Origin: an uncultured Methanosarcinales archaeon
GTDB lineage: Archaea; Nanobdellota; Nanobdellia; Woesearchaeales; CAYSVS01
NCBI GenBank assembly: GCA_964589485.1
Contig: CAZPRK010000002.1
Location: 49,825 to 113,824, forward strand
Length of the DNA: 64,000 nt
Direction of reading: 5' to 3'
Positions 1-10,490 of this stretch are shown here, in pieces (the stretch's first letter is position 1; each line of letters opens with the position of its first letter). The notes beneath the pieces are model-generated. The model did not search any database. It was not told where the DNA came from and saw only the letters and a list, made by a program, of their open reading frames with translations. The translations under genes and the position numbers were made by a program.

Positions 1-68
1 CAGAAATGATGGAGCTTAAGCAAGGACCATATAGAGGAAAGAGTGAAGATAAAATATTTTTAAAATGA
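1..68 (+). CDS. 3' end of an upstream gene (C-terminal ...EMMELKQGPYRGKSEDKIFLK*), truncated by the window edge
   Basis: Frame 3 is open from the window start to TGA at 66-68. Its stop overlaps the ATG at 65 in an ATGA arrangement typical of this operon. No recognisable domain in the 21 aa visible. Confidence 0.3.
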   Translation, partial: EMMELKQGPYRGKSEDKIFLK

Positions 69-1150
69 TACCAGTATGTGAACCAACATTAAATGGAAAT
101 GAAAAGAAATATGTTTTAGATTGTTTAGATACTAATTGGATTTCTTCAAACGGAAAGTATATTGAATTATTTGAAACTAAATTTGCAGAATTTTGTAACG
201 TGAAATATGGAGTTTCTTGTTCAAATGGAACAACTGCATTACATTTAGCATTAGCGGTATTAAACATTGGAAAGGATGATGAAGTTATAATTCCTGATTT
301 TACAATGATTGCAACTATAAATTCAGTATTATATACTGGAGCTAAACCAATTGTTGTTGATTCAGAAATGCAATCTTGGAATATGGATGTTGATAAAATT
401 GAAGAAAAAATTACAGAAAAAACAAAAGTAATAATGGTTGTTCATACATATGGACATCCAATTAACATGGAAAAAGTAAATGAAATTGCAAAAAAACATA
501 ATTTATTTGTAATTGAAGATGCAGCTGAAGCTCACGGTGCAGAATTTAATGGAAAAAAAATTGGTTCTTTATCCGACATTGCTTGTTTTAGTTTTTATGC
601 GAATAAAATTATTACTACTGGAGAAGGTGGGATGATTGTAACAAATAATGAAAAATATGCAGAAAGAGCAAAGTTATTGAAAAATCACGCCTTTACTAAA
701 CCTAGATTTGTTCATCATGAAATTGGGTTTAATTATAGAATGACTAACATTCAAGCTGCAATTGGGTTAGCACAAGTTGAAAATGTTGATAAGTTAGTTG
801 AAGCAAGAATAAAAAATGCTCAATTGTATAATCAAAAATTAAAAGATGTAAAGGGAGTGATTTTACCTCCTGAACAGAGTAATGTAAAAAATGTTTATTG
901 GATGTATGGTATATTAATTGAAAAAGAATTTGGAATGTCTGCAAAGGAAGTTATGGAAAAATTAAATGAAAAAGGAATTGAAACTAGAACTTTTTTTGTT
1001 CCAATGCATAAACAACCAATGTTTAATTTTAAGGGAGAATATCCTGTTTCTGAACATTTATCTGAACATGGGTTTTACTTACCATCGGCAAGTCATTTAA
1101 CTGAAGAAAATATTGATTATATTGTTGAATGTATAAAGGGGTTACAATGA
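65..1150 (+). CDS. DegT/DnrJ/EryC1/StrS-family PLP-dependent sugar aminotransferase
   Basis: 361-aa ORF. N-terminal CEPTLNGNEKKYVLDCLDTNWISS is typical of DegT enzymes. The catalytic-lysine region reads SFYANKIITTGEGG (consensus SFHxxKxxxxGEGG). Confidence 0.9.
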   Translation: MIPVCEPTLNGNEKKYVLDCLDTNWISSNGKYIELFETKFAEFCNVKYGVSCSNGTTALHLALAVLNIGKDDEVIIPDFTMIATINSVLYTGAKPIVVDSEMQSWNMDVDKIEEKITEKTKVIMVVHTYGHPINMEKVNEIAKKHNLFVIEDAAEAHGAEFNGKKIGSLSDIACFSFYANKIITTGEGGMIVTNNEKYAERAKLLKNHAFTKPRFVHHEIGFNYRMTNIQAAIGLAQVENVDKLVEARIKNAQLYNQKLKDVKGVILPPEQSNVKNVYWMYGILIEKEFGMSAKEVMEKLNEKGIETRTFFVPMHKQPMFNFKGEYPVSEHLSEHGFYLPSASHLTEENIDYIVECIKGLQ

Positions 1151-1842
1151 AAGTTTCAGTTATTCTTCCAACTTATGAAGAAAGTATGAATATTTTACAA
1201 ATGATTTCTAAAATAAGAGATTTTTTACCTGATGCTGAAGTAATTGTATCTGATGACGATAGTCCAGATTTAACTTGGAAAGTTGTTAATGATGCTAAAT
1301 TGAAAAATGTAAGAGTTGTTAGAAGGTATAAAAATAAAGGTGTCGGGCCTTCAATATATGACGGAATTAAAATTGCAAAAGGTGAAATAATAATTTGGAT
1401 GGATGCAGATTTAACAATGCCAGTTGAATTATTGCCAAAAATGGTTTCTTTACTTTCTACTTATGATGTTATTGTCGGATCAAGGTATGTTAAAGGAGGA
1501 GCAGATAAAAGATCTTTAATGAGGATTGTAACAAGTAGAATGATTAATGTATTTACTAATATTGTTTTAAACTTTAAAGTATTAGATTATGATAGTGGAT
1601 TTGTAGCAACAAAAAAAGAAGTTTTTGATGCAGTTGGATTTACTCCAAAAGGACATGGAGAATATTGTATTGAATTTTTATATAATGCTGGAAGGAAAGG
1701 ATATAAAATTAAAGAAGTTCCTTATATATTTAGGGAAAGAATTAAAGGCGAATCTAAGTCTGCTCAATATTTAACAAGTATATTAAAATATGGATTTATA
1801 TATGTTATGAAAGTTTTATCTTTAAGGTTTAATAGAAAGTAA
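1147..1842 (+). CDS. GT2-family glycosyltransferase (dolichyl/polyprenyl-phosphate sugar synthase-like)
   Basis: MKVSVILPTYEE N-terminus, VSDDDSPD (DxD region) and WMDADL motifs. I prefer the ATG at 1147, which forms an ATGA overlap with the upstream stop, over the track start at 1129. Confidence 0.8.
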   Translation: MKVSVILPTYEESMNILQMISKIRDFLPDAEVIVSDDDSPDLTWKVVNDAKLKNVRVVRRYKNKGVGPSIYDGIKIAKGEIIIWMDADLTMPVELLPKMVSLLSTYDVIVGSRYVKGGADKRSLMRIVTSRMINVFTNIVLNFKVLDYDSGFVATKKEVFDAVGFTPKGHGEYCIEFLYNAGRKGYKIKEVPYIFRERIKGESKSAQYLTSILKYGFIYVMKVLSLRFNRK

Positions 1843-2593
1843 AAAAATCTTTTATTCTTATTAATTTTTTAACTTTATTCATATCTTTTGAAGTTGGAAG
1901 AGAAACATAAGTAGCTTGATTTTCATCTTGTTTAATTGAAGGAATTTCTTCATTTATTTTATACATTAACTCAGAAAATAATTCTGATAAATTTTTAGCT
2001 AGTAAGTAATGTAATTCATACGCAGATACATTTACAAAATTAAACTCTTTTTGTAATATAATATTACCTTTATCTAATCCCGGTTCCATAAAATGCAATG
2101 TAACGCCTGCTTTAGTTAAATTTTCTATTAAATACCAGATATATTGTGAGGCACCTCTATATTTAGGTAAAAGTGAACCGTGTGCATTTATTACTTTTAG
2201 ATTAACTCTATCAAAAAAATCTTTTTTATATATTTGAGTGGAAGCATTAAAAATGTATTTTGCATTGTATGAATTTAATTTATCATATTCTTGTGAAATG
2301 TCTAATACATTAAGAGTTTCAATGTTATTTTCTTTTGCGATTTTTGAAACTGTTTTCTTAAATAAACTAATATAAATTCTATGGAATAAAGTTTCAATTA
2401 ATTTGTAAATTGCAAATTTTAGTCCTGTTTTTTTAATTAAATTAAAGTTTTTTTTAATTCTAGAATATAGTGGTCCAGTTACGCCTTTAGTATATATTAC
2501 AGCTGCAATATTATTAGGAAATTTTTTAATTATTTCTCTAAATATAACTTCACCATACATATCTTCAGATAAAACAATAATAACTTCTTTCAT
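1829..2593 (-). CDS. Sugar N-formyltransferase (Fmt/ArnA N-terminal formyl-transferase fold)
   Basis: 254 aa. INAHGSLLPKYRGASQ matches the formyltransferase HxSLLPxxRG motif. The gene sits beside the DegT aminotransferase, suggesting a formamido-sugar. Confidence 0.8.
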   Translation of the reverse strand: MKEVIIVLSEDMYGEVIFREIIKKFPNNIAAVIYTKGVTGPLYSRIKKNFNLIKKTGLKFAIYKLIETLFHRIYISLFKKTVSKIAKENNIETLNVLDISQEYDKLNSYNAKYIFNASTQIYKKDFFDRVNLKVINAHGSLLPKYRGASQYIWYLIENLTKAGVTLHFMEPGLDKGNIILQKEFNFVNVSAYELHYLLAKNLSELFSELMYKINEEIPSIKQDENQATYVSLPTSKDMNKVKKLIRIKDFFTFY

Positions 2594-2646
2594 GAATATG
2601 TTAAGCTTAGGAATATTTTATAAAGGTTTTTGTTTTTCTTTATAGT

Positions 2647-3948
2647 ATGAAAAGTAATTTACGTATATTGTTTTTAGTTATATTATTAACTGGGATTTTT
2701 CTTAGATTGTATGCAATAGAAAATGAAAATATTTGGACAGATGAAGCAGTTACTTTAATGGAAATAGATAGACCAATAAATGAAATATATGATCAAGTTA
2801 AACAAACTGAAGTAATGCCTTACGGTTATCATTTTTTTATGCATTATTGGATTAACTTGTTTGGTACTTCAGAATTATCTTTACGTCTACCTTCAGCTAT
2901 ATTTGGGGTATTATCTATACTTGTAATGTTTTTATTAGGAAAAGTTTTTTTTAACAAGAAAGTCGCATTATTATCTTCATTGTTAATGTCTACTTCAATG
3001 CTACAAGTTGTATATTCGCAGGAAGCAAGACCTTATGCTATGTTTGGGTTTTTAGCGTTACTTTCAACTTACTTTTTGGTTATGTACGTTAAAGAAAAAA
3101 AATATTTTAATTTATATATTTTAACTTTAGTTTTATCATTTTATACTAATTATTTCGCATCTTTTCTTTTATTATTTCAAGGAATAGGGTTATATTATTA
3201 CTATGAACAAAAATATGTTAAAGAATGGATTACTGCAGTTATTTCATGTAGTATAGCTTTTATTCCGTTAATTCCTTTAGTTTTTTTTCAAGTTACTAAT
3301 AAATATTTTTCTTGGGTTGAAGTTTTACCTAAATTCGGAGTTCCTTTATCTGTTGCAAAGTTAGGAATATTATTTTTTTTAATCCCTTTAGGGTTATGTG
3401 TAGTAGGTTTATTATTACTTATTCGTTATAAAGATAGAATTAAATTTGATTTGAAATATTTTATTGTTTTTTTAATATTATCGGGGCTAGGTTATTTGTT
3501 TTTATTAGATACTTTATCTAGATCTTTTACTTTAGTAAGACATTCTTATTTTATGGTTCCAATATTATATATATTTATAGCAGTCAATTTACTTAAACTA
3601 AAACATAAATCAATGTTTATTTTATTATTTTTATTACTTAATTCATTTGCATTATGGCAATATTATGAAGAACCAAATAAACCTCAATGGGATAATGCTG
3701 TAGATTATTTAGATCTAAATACATTTACAAAAAATGTAGTCTTTGATAGAGAAGGGAGTAATGTTTTTATTTTTGAATATTATTCTAAAGGATATAATGT
3801 ATTAGAAGACCCTACTGAAAACTTTTGGTTAATTTCATCAAGGAATATTAAGAATAAAGATGAAGTGTTTTCTAAGTACAATAAACAATTTACGCTTCAA
3901 TCTACTAAATCCTTTAAAGATATAGAATTATACTTATTCATGCGATAG
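2647..3948 (+). CDS. GT-C fold membrane glycosyltransferase (ArnT/PMT_2-like, GT39/GT83-like)
   Basis: 433 aa, roughly 11-12 hydrophobic helices. The first external loop carries a DE motif (ENIWTDEAVTLMEIDRP), as in ArnT/PMT-type transferases. Confidence 0.5.
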   Translation: MKSNLRILFLVILLTGIFLRLYAIENENIWTDEAVTLMEIDRPINEIYDQVKQTEVMPYGYHFFMHYWINLFGTSELSLRLPSAIFGVLSILVMFLLGKVFFNKKVALLSSLLMSTSMLQVVYSQEARPYAMFGFLALLSTYFLVMYVKEKKYFNLYILTLVLSFYTNYFASFLLLFQGIGLYYYYEQKYVKEWITAVISCSIAFIPLIPLVFFQVTNKYFSWVEVLPKFGVPLSVAKLGILFFLIPLGLCVVGLLLLIRYKDRIKFDLKYFIVFLILSGLGYLFLLDTLSRSFTLVRHSYFMVPILYIFIAVNLLKLKHKSMFILLFLLLNSFALWQYYEEPNKPQWDNAVDYLDLNTFTKNVVFDREGSNVFIFEYYSKGYNVLEDPTENFWLISSRNIKNKDEVFSKYNKQFTLQSTKSFKDIELYLFMR

Positions 3949-3979
3949 ATTTAAAAATAAAAATTATCTATAGACAATT

Positions 3980-5458
3980 ATGAGTTATACTAAACGTGCA
4001 ATATTTGGAGCTAGTTTTATTATGTTATTTCATGTATTTTCAGACTTATTATCATATTTAACTAGAATTGTATTAGCTAGAAATTTAACTCCGACAGAAT
4101 TAGGATTATTTTACTCTGTATTTACATTTGTTATATTTTTTTTATTTTTTAGAGATTTAGGACAAGGTTCAGCTTTATTGAAATTTATACCAGAATTAAG
4201 GTTATCTAAGAAATATAATGAAATTAAAACTTCAATTTTTTCAGTAATTTCAATGCAAGTTGTAAGTTCAATGATATTTATTTTAATTATTTGGCTAATT
4301 GCAGATAAATTAGCTGTTTCATATTTTCGTGATTCTTCAGCTGTAGGTTTATTACAATTAATGTCTATTTATGTATTTTTTAGTATTTTTTATATTTTAT
4401 TTAGGAAAGTTTTTCACGGGTTTCAAAGTGTATTTGTATTTGCATCAATGGAGTTTGTTAAAGCTTTTACCATATTAGTTTTAGTTTTAATAGGATTATC
4501 CTTTTCTACTACACCTTTAGCTCCAATGATTGCATATGCATTAGTATCTCCGATTATAGTTTTATTATATTTTCCTTTATTATTAAAACGATTTAATTTA
4601 TTTAAATATAAAATAAAAAATGTTGTTCCAGTTTCTAAAAAAATATTTTGGTTTGGTTTACCAATGTTTGCAACTTCAGTAGGAAGTAAAATTATAGGAT
4701 ATGTGGATACTTTAATATTAACTTACTTTAGACCGTTAGCTGAAGTTGGAGTGTATAACGTTGTTTTACCTTCTGCATTAGTAATGTTATTTCTAGGGAA
4801 TACTTTAGCTTCAATTTCATTGCCTATTTCATCTGAATTATTTGCGAAAAAGGATTTAGTTAGACTTTCAGCAGGAATGAAATTAATATACAAATATTTG
4901 TTTCTTTTAATTATTCCTTTAGTATTTTCTTTATTTATTTTTTCTGAATTCTTTATTAATTTATTTTTTGGGAAAGAATATTTAAGTGGGGTTATTGCAC
5001 TTCAAATTTTATTAGTGGGAGTATTATTTTATTCAATTGCCGTAATAAACCATAACTTAATTTCAGGGATTGGTAAACCATTCGAAGTGACTAAAATTAT
5101 TATGGGAAGTGCTATTTTAAACATAGTTTTAAATTTTATATTAATTCCTTTATATGGATTAAATGGAGCAGCTATAGCAACAACTTTATCTTATTTGTTA
5201 GCATTAATTTTATCTACTGGGAAAGTTGTTAAGTTTATTAAAATAAAGTGGCCTATCGTAGAATGGAGTAAAGGTTTATTTGGAGCTTTTAGTTTTATTT
5301 TTACAGCTTTATATTTAAGACAAATTTTATTTGTTAATATTTGGGTTGAAATATTAGTAACTTTAAGTGTTTCTTTTATTGTTTATATTTTAGTATTATT
5401 TTTAACAAAAGCAATAGATATAAAAGAAGTGACCAAATATGCAAGGTTAGTGAAATGA
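3980..5458 (+). CDS. Wzx-type polysaccharide/oligosaccharide flippase (MOP superfamily)
   Basis: 492 aa polytopic membrane protein with 12 or more TM segments and the composition and length of PF01943-type Wzx flippases. Its stop overlaps the next start (ATGA). Confidence 0.7.
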   Translation: MSYTKRAIFGASFIMLFHVFSDLLSYLTRIVLARNLTPTELGLFYSVFTFVIFFLFFRDLGQGSALLKFIPELRLSKKYNEIKTSIFSVISMQVVSSMIFILIIWLIADKLAVSYFRDSSAVGLLQLMSIYVFFSIFYILFRKVFHGFQSVFVFASMEFVKAFTILVLVLIGLSFSTTPLAPMIAYALVSPIIVLLYFPLLLKRFNLFKYKIKNVVPVSKKIFWFGLPMFATSVGSKIIGYVDTLILTYFRPLAEVGVYNVVLPSALVMLFLGNTLASISLPISSELFAKKDLVRLSAGMKLIYKYLFLLIIPLVFSLFIFSEFFINLFFGKEYLSGVIALQILLVGVLFYSIAVINHNLISGIGKPFEVTKIIMGSAILNIVLNFILIPLYGLNGAAIATTLSYLLALILSTGKVVKFIKIKWPIVEWSKGLFGAFSFIFTALYLRQILFVNIWVEILVTLSVSFIVYILVLFLTKAIDIKEVTKYARLVK

Positions 5459-6711
5459 ATAGAATTGAATTTATTAAATCTGTATTAGTTAAGTTAGATT
5501 CTAAATCAATTAAATATTGTATATTGAGAAATTATGATTTTCTTCTGCAGAATAGATTTAATGTAAGTAAAAGTGAAAGAAGTATTGATATTGTTGTAGA
5601 AAATATTGATTTGTTTGATAAAGTAATGATTGACTTAGGGTTTCAAAAAAGAAAACCTTCATTTTCATTAAAACATGTATCTTATTTTACATTTAATGGG
5701 TTAGATTTAGTTAGTTTTGATGTACAAATTAACGGAGTTCATTGGAATGATATGTGTTATTTTAATGTATTAGAAAATAGAGTAAAAAAATCTTTTTTTT
5801 ATGTTCCTTCAAATGATGACATGATTGTTATGTTAATATGTCATTCCATACTAGGAAAAAGGTTTTTTAAGCCAGAATATAAACAAATTATTTCTAATAC
5901 TAATTTTGGTCAAGATTACGTTCTAATTCAGTTGACTAAAGTTTTTGGAAATAATGCTAAAAGTATTCTTGATAAAATAAATAAGAATGATTTTAAATTG
6001 AATTTTTATTTACTTTGTTTAAAATTTATATTTAATAAAGTAAGCCATATTAAAATATTTATATTGTTATTTTTTAGATGGATTAAATGGAAGAAATTTT
6101 TATTTTCTAGGCCTTTAATAAGTTTTATTGGTCCGGATGGAAGCGGGAAAAGTTCTGCTACTAGGAATTTAATTAGCTTTTTAGAAAGTGAAAATAGACA
6201 AATATGTTATTTTTATTCAGGAAGAGGAAGAAAAAATATTCTGCCAATAACTAAATTGGGAAGAGTATATAAGAAAAAAGAAAAAAATATGAAACATAAC
6301 TATTTTTTTAAAAATACATTATATATAATAAGTTCATTTATGTTTACATTAGATTTATTGTTAAGATATGTGTTTAAAGTGTTTATTCCAAGGAGATTAG
6401 GGAAAATTGTTATTACGGATAGGTATTGTTCAGATATATATTTAATGAAAAATGTTCCTTTGTTTATGAAAAAGTTTTTTTTAAGTTTATTTCCTAAACC
6501 AAATTTAACTTTTTATTTGTACCAAGATACTTCAGTTTTATTAAAACGAAGACCGAATGAAGATTTAGATAATTTAAACTACCAATTATCAATGTATAAT
6601 GAACTAAGTAATTATATGGATGCAATTAAAATTAAAACTGAGAATTATGATAAAGATAAACTAAATATTTTAACTAAATCGTATTCATATATTTTAAAAG
6701 AATGGTTTTAA
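5455..6711 (+). CDS. Fusion protein: N-terminal putative nucleotidyltransferase-like domain + C-terminal thymidylate-kinase-like P-loop domain
   Basis: C-terminal Walker A FIGPDGSGKSS and IVITDRYCSDIY (the Tmk-like DRY motif). The N-terminal ~200 aa (KYCILRNYDFL...SIDIVV) are homologous to the N-terminus of the ORF at 22144-23439. Confidence 0.5.
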   Translation: MNRIEFIKSVLVKLDSKSIKYCILRNYDFLLQNRFNVSKSERSIDIVVENIDLFDKVMIDLGFQKRKPSFSLKHVSYFTFNGLDLVSFDVQINGVHWNDMCYFNVLENRVKKSFFYVPSNDDMIVMLICHSILGKRFFKPEYKQIISNTNFGQDYVLIQLTKVFGNNAKSILDKINKNDFKLNFYLLCLKFIFNKVSHIKIFILLFFRWIKWKKFLFSRPLISFIGPDGSGKSSATRNLISFLESENRQICYFYSGRGRKNILPITKLGRVYKKKEKNMKHNYFFKNTLYIISSFMFTLDLLLRYVFKVFIPRRLGKIVITDRYCSDIYLMKNVPLFMKKFFLSLFPKPNLTFYLYQDTSVLLKRRPNEDLDNLNYQLSMYNELSNYMDAIKIKTENYDKDKLNILTKSYSYILKEWF

Positions 6712-7742
6712 TATAATTTTAAATATTTTTCTGCAATTTTTTTATTTGAAAATTCTTGAGATATTTTGAATGCTTGTTCAATTTTAATTTTACTTGGGTT
6801 TTTTAACACTAAATCTATTTCTTTTGCAAGTAAATTTATATCTTTAGGCGGAACTAAATTAACACTATTTTTAGTGATTTCTATAATTTCTGGGATAAAC
6901 GTAGTAATGACTGGAGTTTTAGATGCCATTGATTCTAATAAACATGATGGGTTTCCTTCAGTTCCCTCAATACTAGGATATGCTAGAACTACAACATCAG
7001 CCATAGAAACATATTCGTAAATGTTAATATCATTAAATATAAATTGAGTATTCTTAATGTTTAATTCTTTTAACATGTTATTATAAAAGTTAATTTTTTC
7101 ATCAGTGAAAGATCTAAATGCCATTATACAAATTACATTTTCTTTTACTTTTGGTAAGGCTTGAATTAAGTAATCTATACCTTTATTAATCCTCATAGCA
7201 CCATAATAAAAAATAACTTTACCTTTAATGTTATATTTTTGTTTTAATTTTTCTTTATTTCTTGGTTTAAAATTTAAAATATCTATATTAGAATGAATTA
7301 TTTTTACTTCTTTTTTTAAGTTAAGTTTATTTCTTGCCAATATTGTTGGAATTGTAACAATGTCCATTAAGTTTAATGGGGATTTCATTAATGAATTAAG
7401 TATTTTTGATTTAGAGTATGATTTTAATGTATGTATTAATTTTGGATTTGTGCAAGCTTTACTTGATATATATGTAGCTAAAGACATGATTGGGCTTGAA
7501 CTAAATCCATGTATAATATCAAAATCAATGTTAATCTTTTTTATTGTTTTATATCCGAATAATATGTTATTGTATAACCTATATACGTTTCCTTCAACTT
7601 CTGGCAAATTTTTATGTTTTCTTGCAATTATAACTACTTCATGTCCTTTACTTGAATAATATTCAGATAAATGTTTCAATGTAAGCCAAGTAGCTTCTTT
7701 TTTATTACTTAAATGACTTGAACTGATTAATGCAATTTTCAT
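6708..7742 (-). CDS. GT4 (group 1) glycosyltransferase
   Basis: 344 aa. C-terminal EGTEGNPSCLLESMASKTPVI matches the GT4 E-x7-E motif. Confidence 0.75.
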   Translation of the reverse strand: MKIALISSSHLSNKKEATWLTLKHLSEYYSSKGHEVVIIARKHKNLPEVEGNVYRLYNNILFGYKTIKKINIDFDIIHGFSSSPIMSLATYISSKACTNPKLIHTLKSYSKSKILNSLMKSPLNLMDIVTIPTILARNKLNLKKEVKIIHSNIDILNFKPRNKEKLKQKYNIKGKVIFYYGAMRINKGIDYLIQALPKVKENVICIMAFRSFTDEKINFYNNMLKELNIKNTQFIFNDINIYEYVSMADVVVLAYPSIEGTEGNPSCLLESMASKTPVITTFIPEIIEITKNSVNLVPPKDINLLAKEIDLVLKNPSKIKIEQAFKISQEFSNKKIAEKYLKLY

Positions 7743-7823
7743 AATAGGTTGGAGAATGTGGTTGTTTTTAAATCATTCTAAAAAAACCTGTAATTTTATA
7801 TACTACTCTGGATTTGCCAAAGT

Positions 7824-9188
7824 ATGTTTAAATTTATTAAGAAATTATTTGGAAAAAAGAAAGTTTTTGTATTAGGAATAGATGGAGCTCCTCCAGAATT
7901 AGTTTTTGATAAATGGATTGATGAATTGCCTAATATTAAATCATTAATGAAAAATAGTGTATATGGAAAGTTAAAAAGTAGTATTCCTCCTTCTACTATA
8001 GTTGCATGGAGTTCAATGTTAACAGGGAAAGATCCAAGTCATTTTGATGTTTATAGTTACACTACAAAAGATGAACATAATAATTCTGTGTTAACTAACT
8101 CTAAAAATGTAAAAGATAAAAGGATTTGGAAATATATGGATGAAAATAATAAAAAATCAATTTTACTTAACATTCCGTTAACTTATCCTGTAGAAGAAGT
8201 AAATGGTATAATGTTAAGTGGGTTTTTAACTCCAAAATTTAACGAAAAAGCTGTATACCCTTTAGAAATTAAGAATGAAATTTTATCTCAGTTTCATGAT
8301 TATGCTTTTGATGTAGGAGTGGGATTGGCAGGATACAAAAACATTGAATCTAAACAAATGATAACTGCAGTAAATAAAATGACTATGCAACAACTTAAAA
8401 TTACTAAAGATTTTCTTAAAAAAGAATGGGATTTTTTTATGACTGTGTTAATTGGTTCAGATAGAATGCAACATACAATGTGGAGATTTATGGATGAAAA
8501 ACATAGAAGGTATGAAGAAAGTGAATTTAAAGATTCTATTAAAGATTATTATAAATACTTAGATAGGGAGATAGGAGATTTAAAATCTCAGTTAGATGAA
8601 GATACTTATTTTTTTATTTTATCTGATCATGGGTTTGATAGAATGGACGGAAGGTTTAATTTAAATGATTGGTTAATTCAGGAAGGATATCTTGTAATGA
8701 AAGAAGATATACAAAATCAAGAAAAACTTGACTTTAAAAAAGTTAATTGGGATAAAACTAAAGCTTATGCAGTTGGAGCTTACTTTGGAAGAATATATTT
8801 TAATAAAGTAGATATTCAAGATGAATTAATAGAAAAATTAAAACATATTAAAAATGATAGAGGAGAAGAAATGGATACAGTGTTTCATAAACCTAAAGAA
8901 GTTTATTCTGGAGAATATCTAGAAAGTTCACCTGATTTGTATGTGTTTTTTGATAACTTAAGATGGGGAGTTAATAATGATGTAGGGAATGAAGGATTGT
9001 ATTCAGAAAAAACTACTAAAGGGAGTGATGATGCAGGACATGCCCCAAACGGATTATTTTTATTAAATCATAATTCTATAACTGAAGAAAATATTAACGC
9101 GGATATTTTAGATATATTACCTACAATATTAAATATTTATGAAATAAAACATAATTTAGAAGGAAAAAATTTAATCAAGGTATCCTAA
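7824..9188 (+). CDS. Alkaline-phosphatase superfamily protein (type I phosphodiesterase/nucleotide pyrophosphatase family, PF01663-like)
   Basis: N-terminal VLGIDGAPPELV...STIVAWSSMLTGKDPSHFDVY matches the GxDG...TxPxWxSxxTG metal-site motif of PF01663 proteins. No TM helices. Confidence 0.65.
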   Translation: MFKFIKKLFGKKKVFVLGIDGAPPELVFDKWIDELPNIKSLMKNSVYGKLKSSIPPSTIVAWSSMLTGKDPSHFDVYSYTTKDEHNNSVLTNSKNVKDKRIWKYMDENNKKSILLNIPLTYPVEEVNGIMLSGFLTPKFNEKAVYPLEIKNEILSQFHDYAFDVGVGLAGYKNIESKQMITAVNKMTMQQLKITKDFLKKEWDFFMTVLIGSDRMQHTMWRFMDEKHRRYEESEFKDSIKDYYKYLDREIGDLKSQLDEDTYFFILSDHGFDRMDGRFNLNDWLIQEGYLVMKEDIQNQEKLDFKKVNWDKTKAYAVGAYFGRIYFNKVDIQDELIEKLKHIKNDRGEEMDTVFHKPKEVYSGEYLESSPDLYVFFDNLRWGVNNDVGNEGLYSEKTTKGSDDAGHAPNGLFLLNHNSITEENINADILDILPTILNIYEIKHNLEGKNLIKVS

Positions 9189-10490
9189 TTCTTTTAAACG
9201 TAGCTTAACGTCTTCTTCTTCATCTTTAGAATAAAATTGTTTATCTTTATTTTGAATTTTTTCGTAATCTTTTTTAACAATTGTAAAAGAATTTTCAAAA
9301 AGATCTAAAACTTTTCCAGACATATTATTATCTATTGGGTTTTTCATAATTTGAAGAATTGTGGGAGTAACATCTAATACATGTGCATCTATTCTATGAT
9401 CTTTTTTAATTCCTTTACCAAATGCAATAAAAATTCCATCTGGAGAATCTTCGTGTTCACCTGATCTAATACTTTTATCGTTATAATCCTTTTCCTTTAT
9501 TGATGAAATTCCATGATCTGAAACTATAACTAAAGTATGACCTTCTTTAATGAACTTTCCAATTTGTTCATCTAAAAATTTATAATATTTGCTAATTATA
9601 TCTTTATATTTATCAAGTAAAGATAAATCTGCAAATTTAAAATCTTCGGGTTTATGATATTGCCAGAAAATATGTTGAATAGCATCCAATCCTGATAAAT
9701 ATAATGCATTAAATTCAACATTAAACTCAGAACTAATCTCAGAAACAAATAAATCTGACCTGTATGCTTGCGCAAAAAAATTAATTCTCTCATTTTTAAT
9801 AAGTTCTTTGTTTTTAATTTTTTCTTTATCTTCATCATTAAATGAATTAAAAAAAGATGGAATTGAAGAAAGGGAAGAATTAAAAACTGATTCTTTCTTT
9901 TTATCAATTAAGTTACTTAAACTAATTGGATAAAATTCTTCACCATTAGAAATTGATTTTTTATTTTTATAATATGCTTTAGTGGTTTCTATTACTTTTT
10001 CTGAAATTATATATTCATTGATAGGTTTAACTGGCCATGTTGTTAAAAATCCAGTAACTCCACATTTAACATTATTTTCAGATAAAATTTCCCATACAGT
10101 TTTACATTTTCTGAAAGAACTTGTAGTTAAATAATTTCCACCAATTCCAAGTTTTTCAAATAAATTTCCATATTTTAACATTGAGTAAATGTATGCTTTT
10201 TTTAAAAAACGTGAATTAAATTTATTAGATAATCTATTTGGCCAGTCTATTAAAAAGTTAGAAGAAATATCTTTTTTATTTAAAAATAAATTTGTAAAAT
10301 AAGATATTCCTGATTCTTCTGGAGTTCTTCCAGTAATAATAGAGTTCCAAATTGCAGGGCTTTTATATCCTGGAAGGCTTTTCAATGAAGCTGTAGTTCC
10401 TTCATTAATTAGTTTCTTAAAGTTAGGTAAATCTAATGAATTTATAACTTCCCATGATGCTCCATCAATTCCTATAAAAGTTAATTTCAT
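9171..10490 (-). CDS. Alkaline-phosphatase superfamily protein (PF01663-like), paralog of 7824-9188
   Basis: FIGIDGASWEV...SPAIWNSIITGRTPEESG and VIVSDHG motifs. Convergent with and overlapping its paralog. Confidence 0.65.
   Translation of the reverse strand: MKLTFIGIDGASWEVINSLDLPNFKKLINEGTTASLKSLPGYKSPAIWNSIITGRTPEESGISYFTNLFLNKKDISSNFLIDWPNRLSNKFNSRFLKKAYIYSMLKYGNLFEKLGIGGNYLTTSSFRKCKTVWEILSENNVKCGVTGFLTTWPVKPINEYIISEKVIETTKAYYKNKKSISNGEEFYPISLSNLIDKKKESVFNSSLSSIPSFFNSFNDEDKEKIKNKELIKNERINFFAQAYRSDLFVSEISSEFNVEFNALYLSGLDAIQHIFWQYHKPEDFKFADLSLLDKYKDIISKYYKFLDEQIGKFIKEGHTLVIVSDHGISSIKEKDYNDKSIRSGEHEDSPDGIFIAFGKGIKKDHRIDAHVLDVTPTILQIMKNPIDNNMSGKVLDLFENSFTIVKKDYEKIQNKDKQFYSKDEEEDVKLRLKELGYLD

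Noticed and set aside
16-267. 83-aa minus-strand ORF overlapping the DegT start
   Set aside because: It lies antisense to a strongly supported aminotransferase gene and has no homology, so it is spurious.
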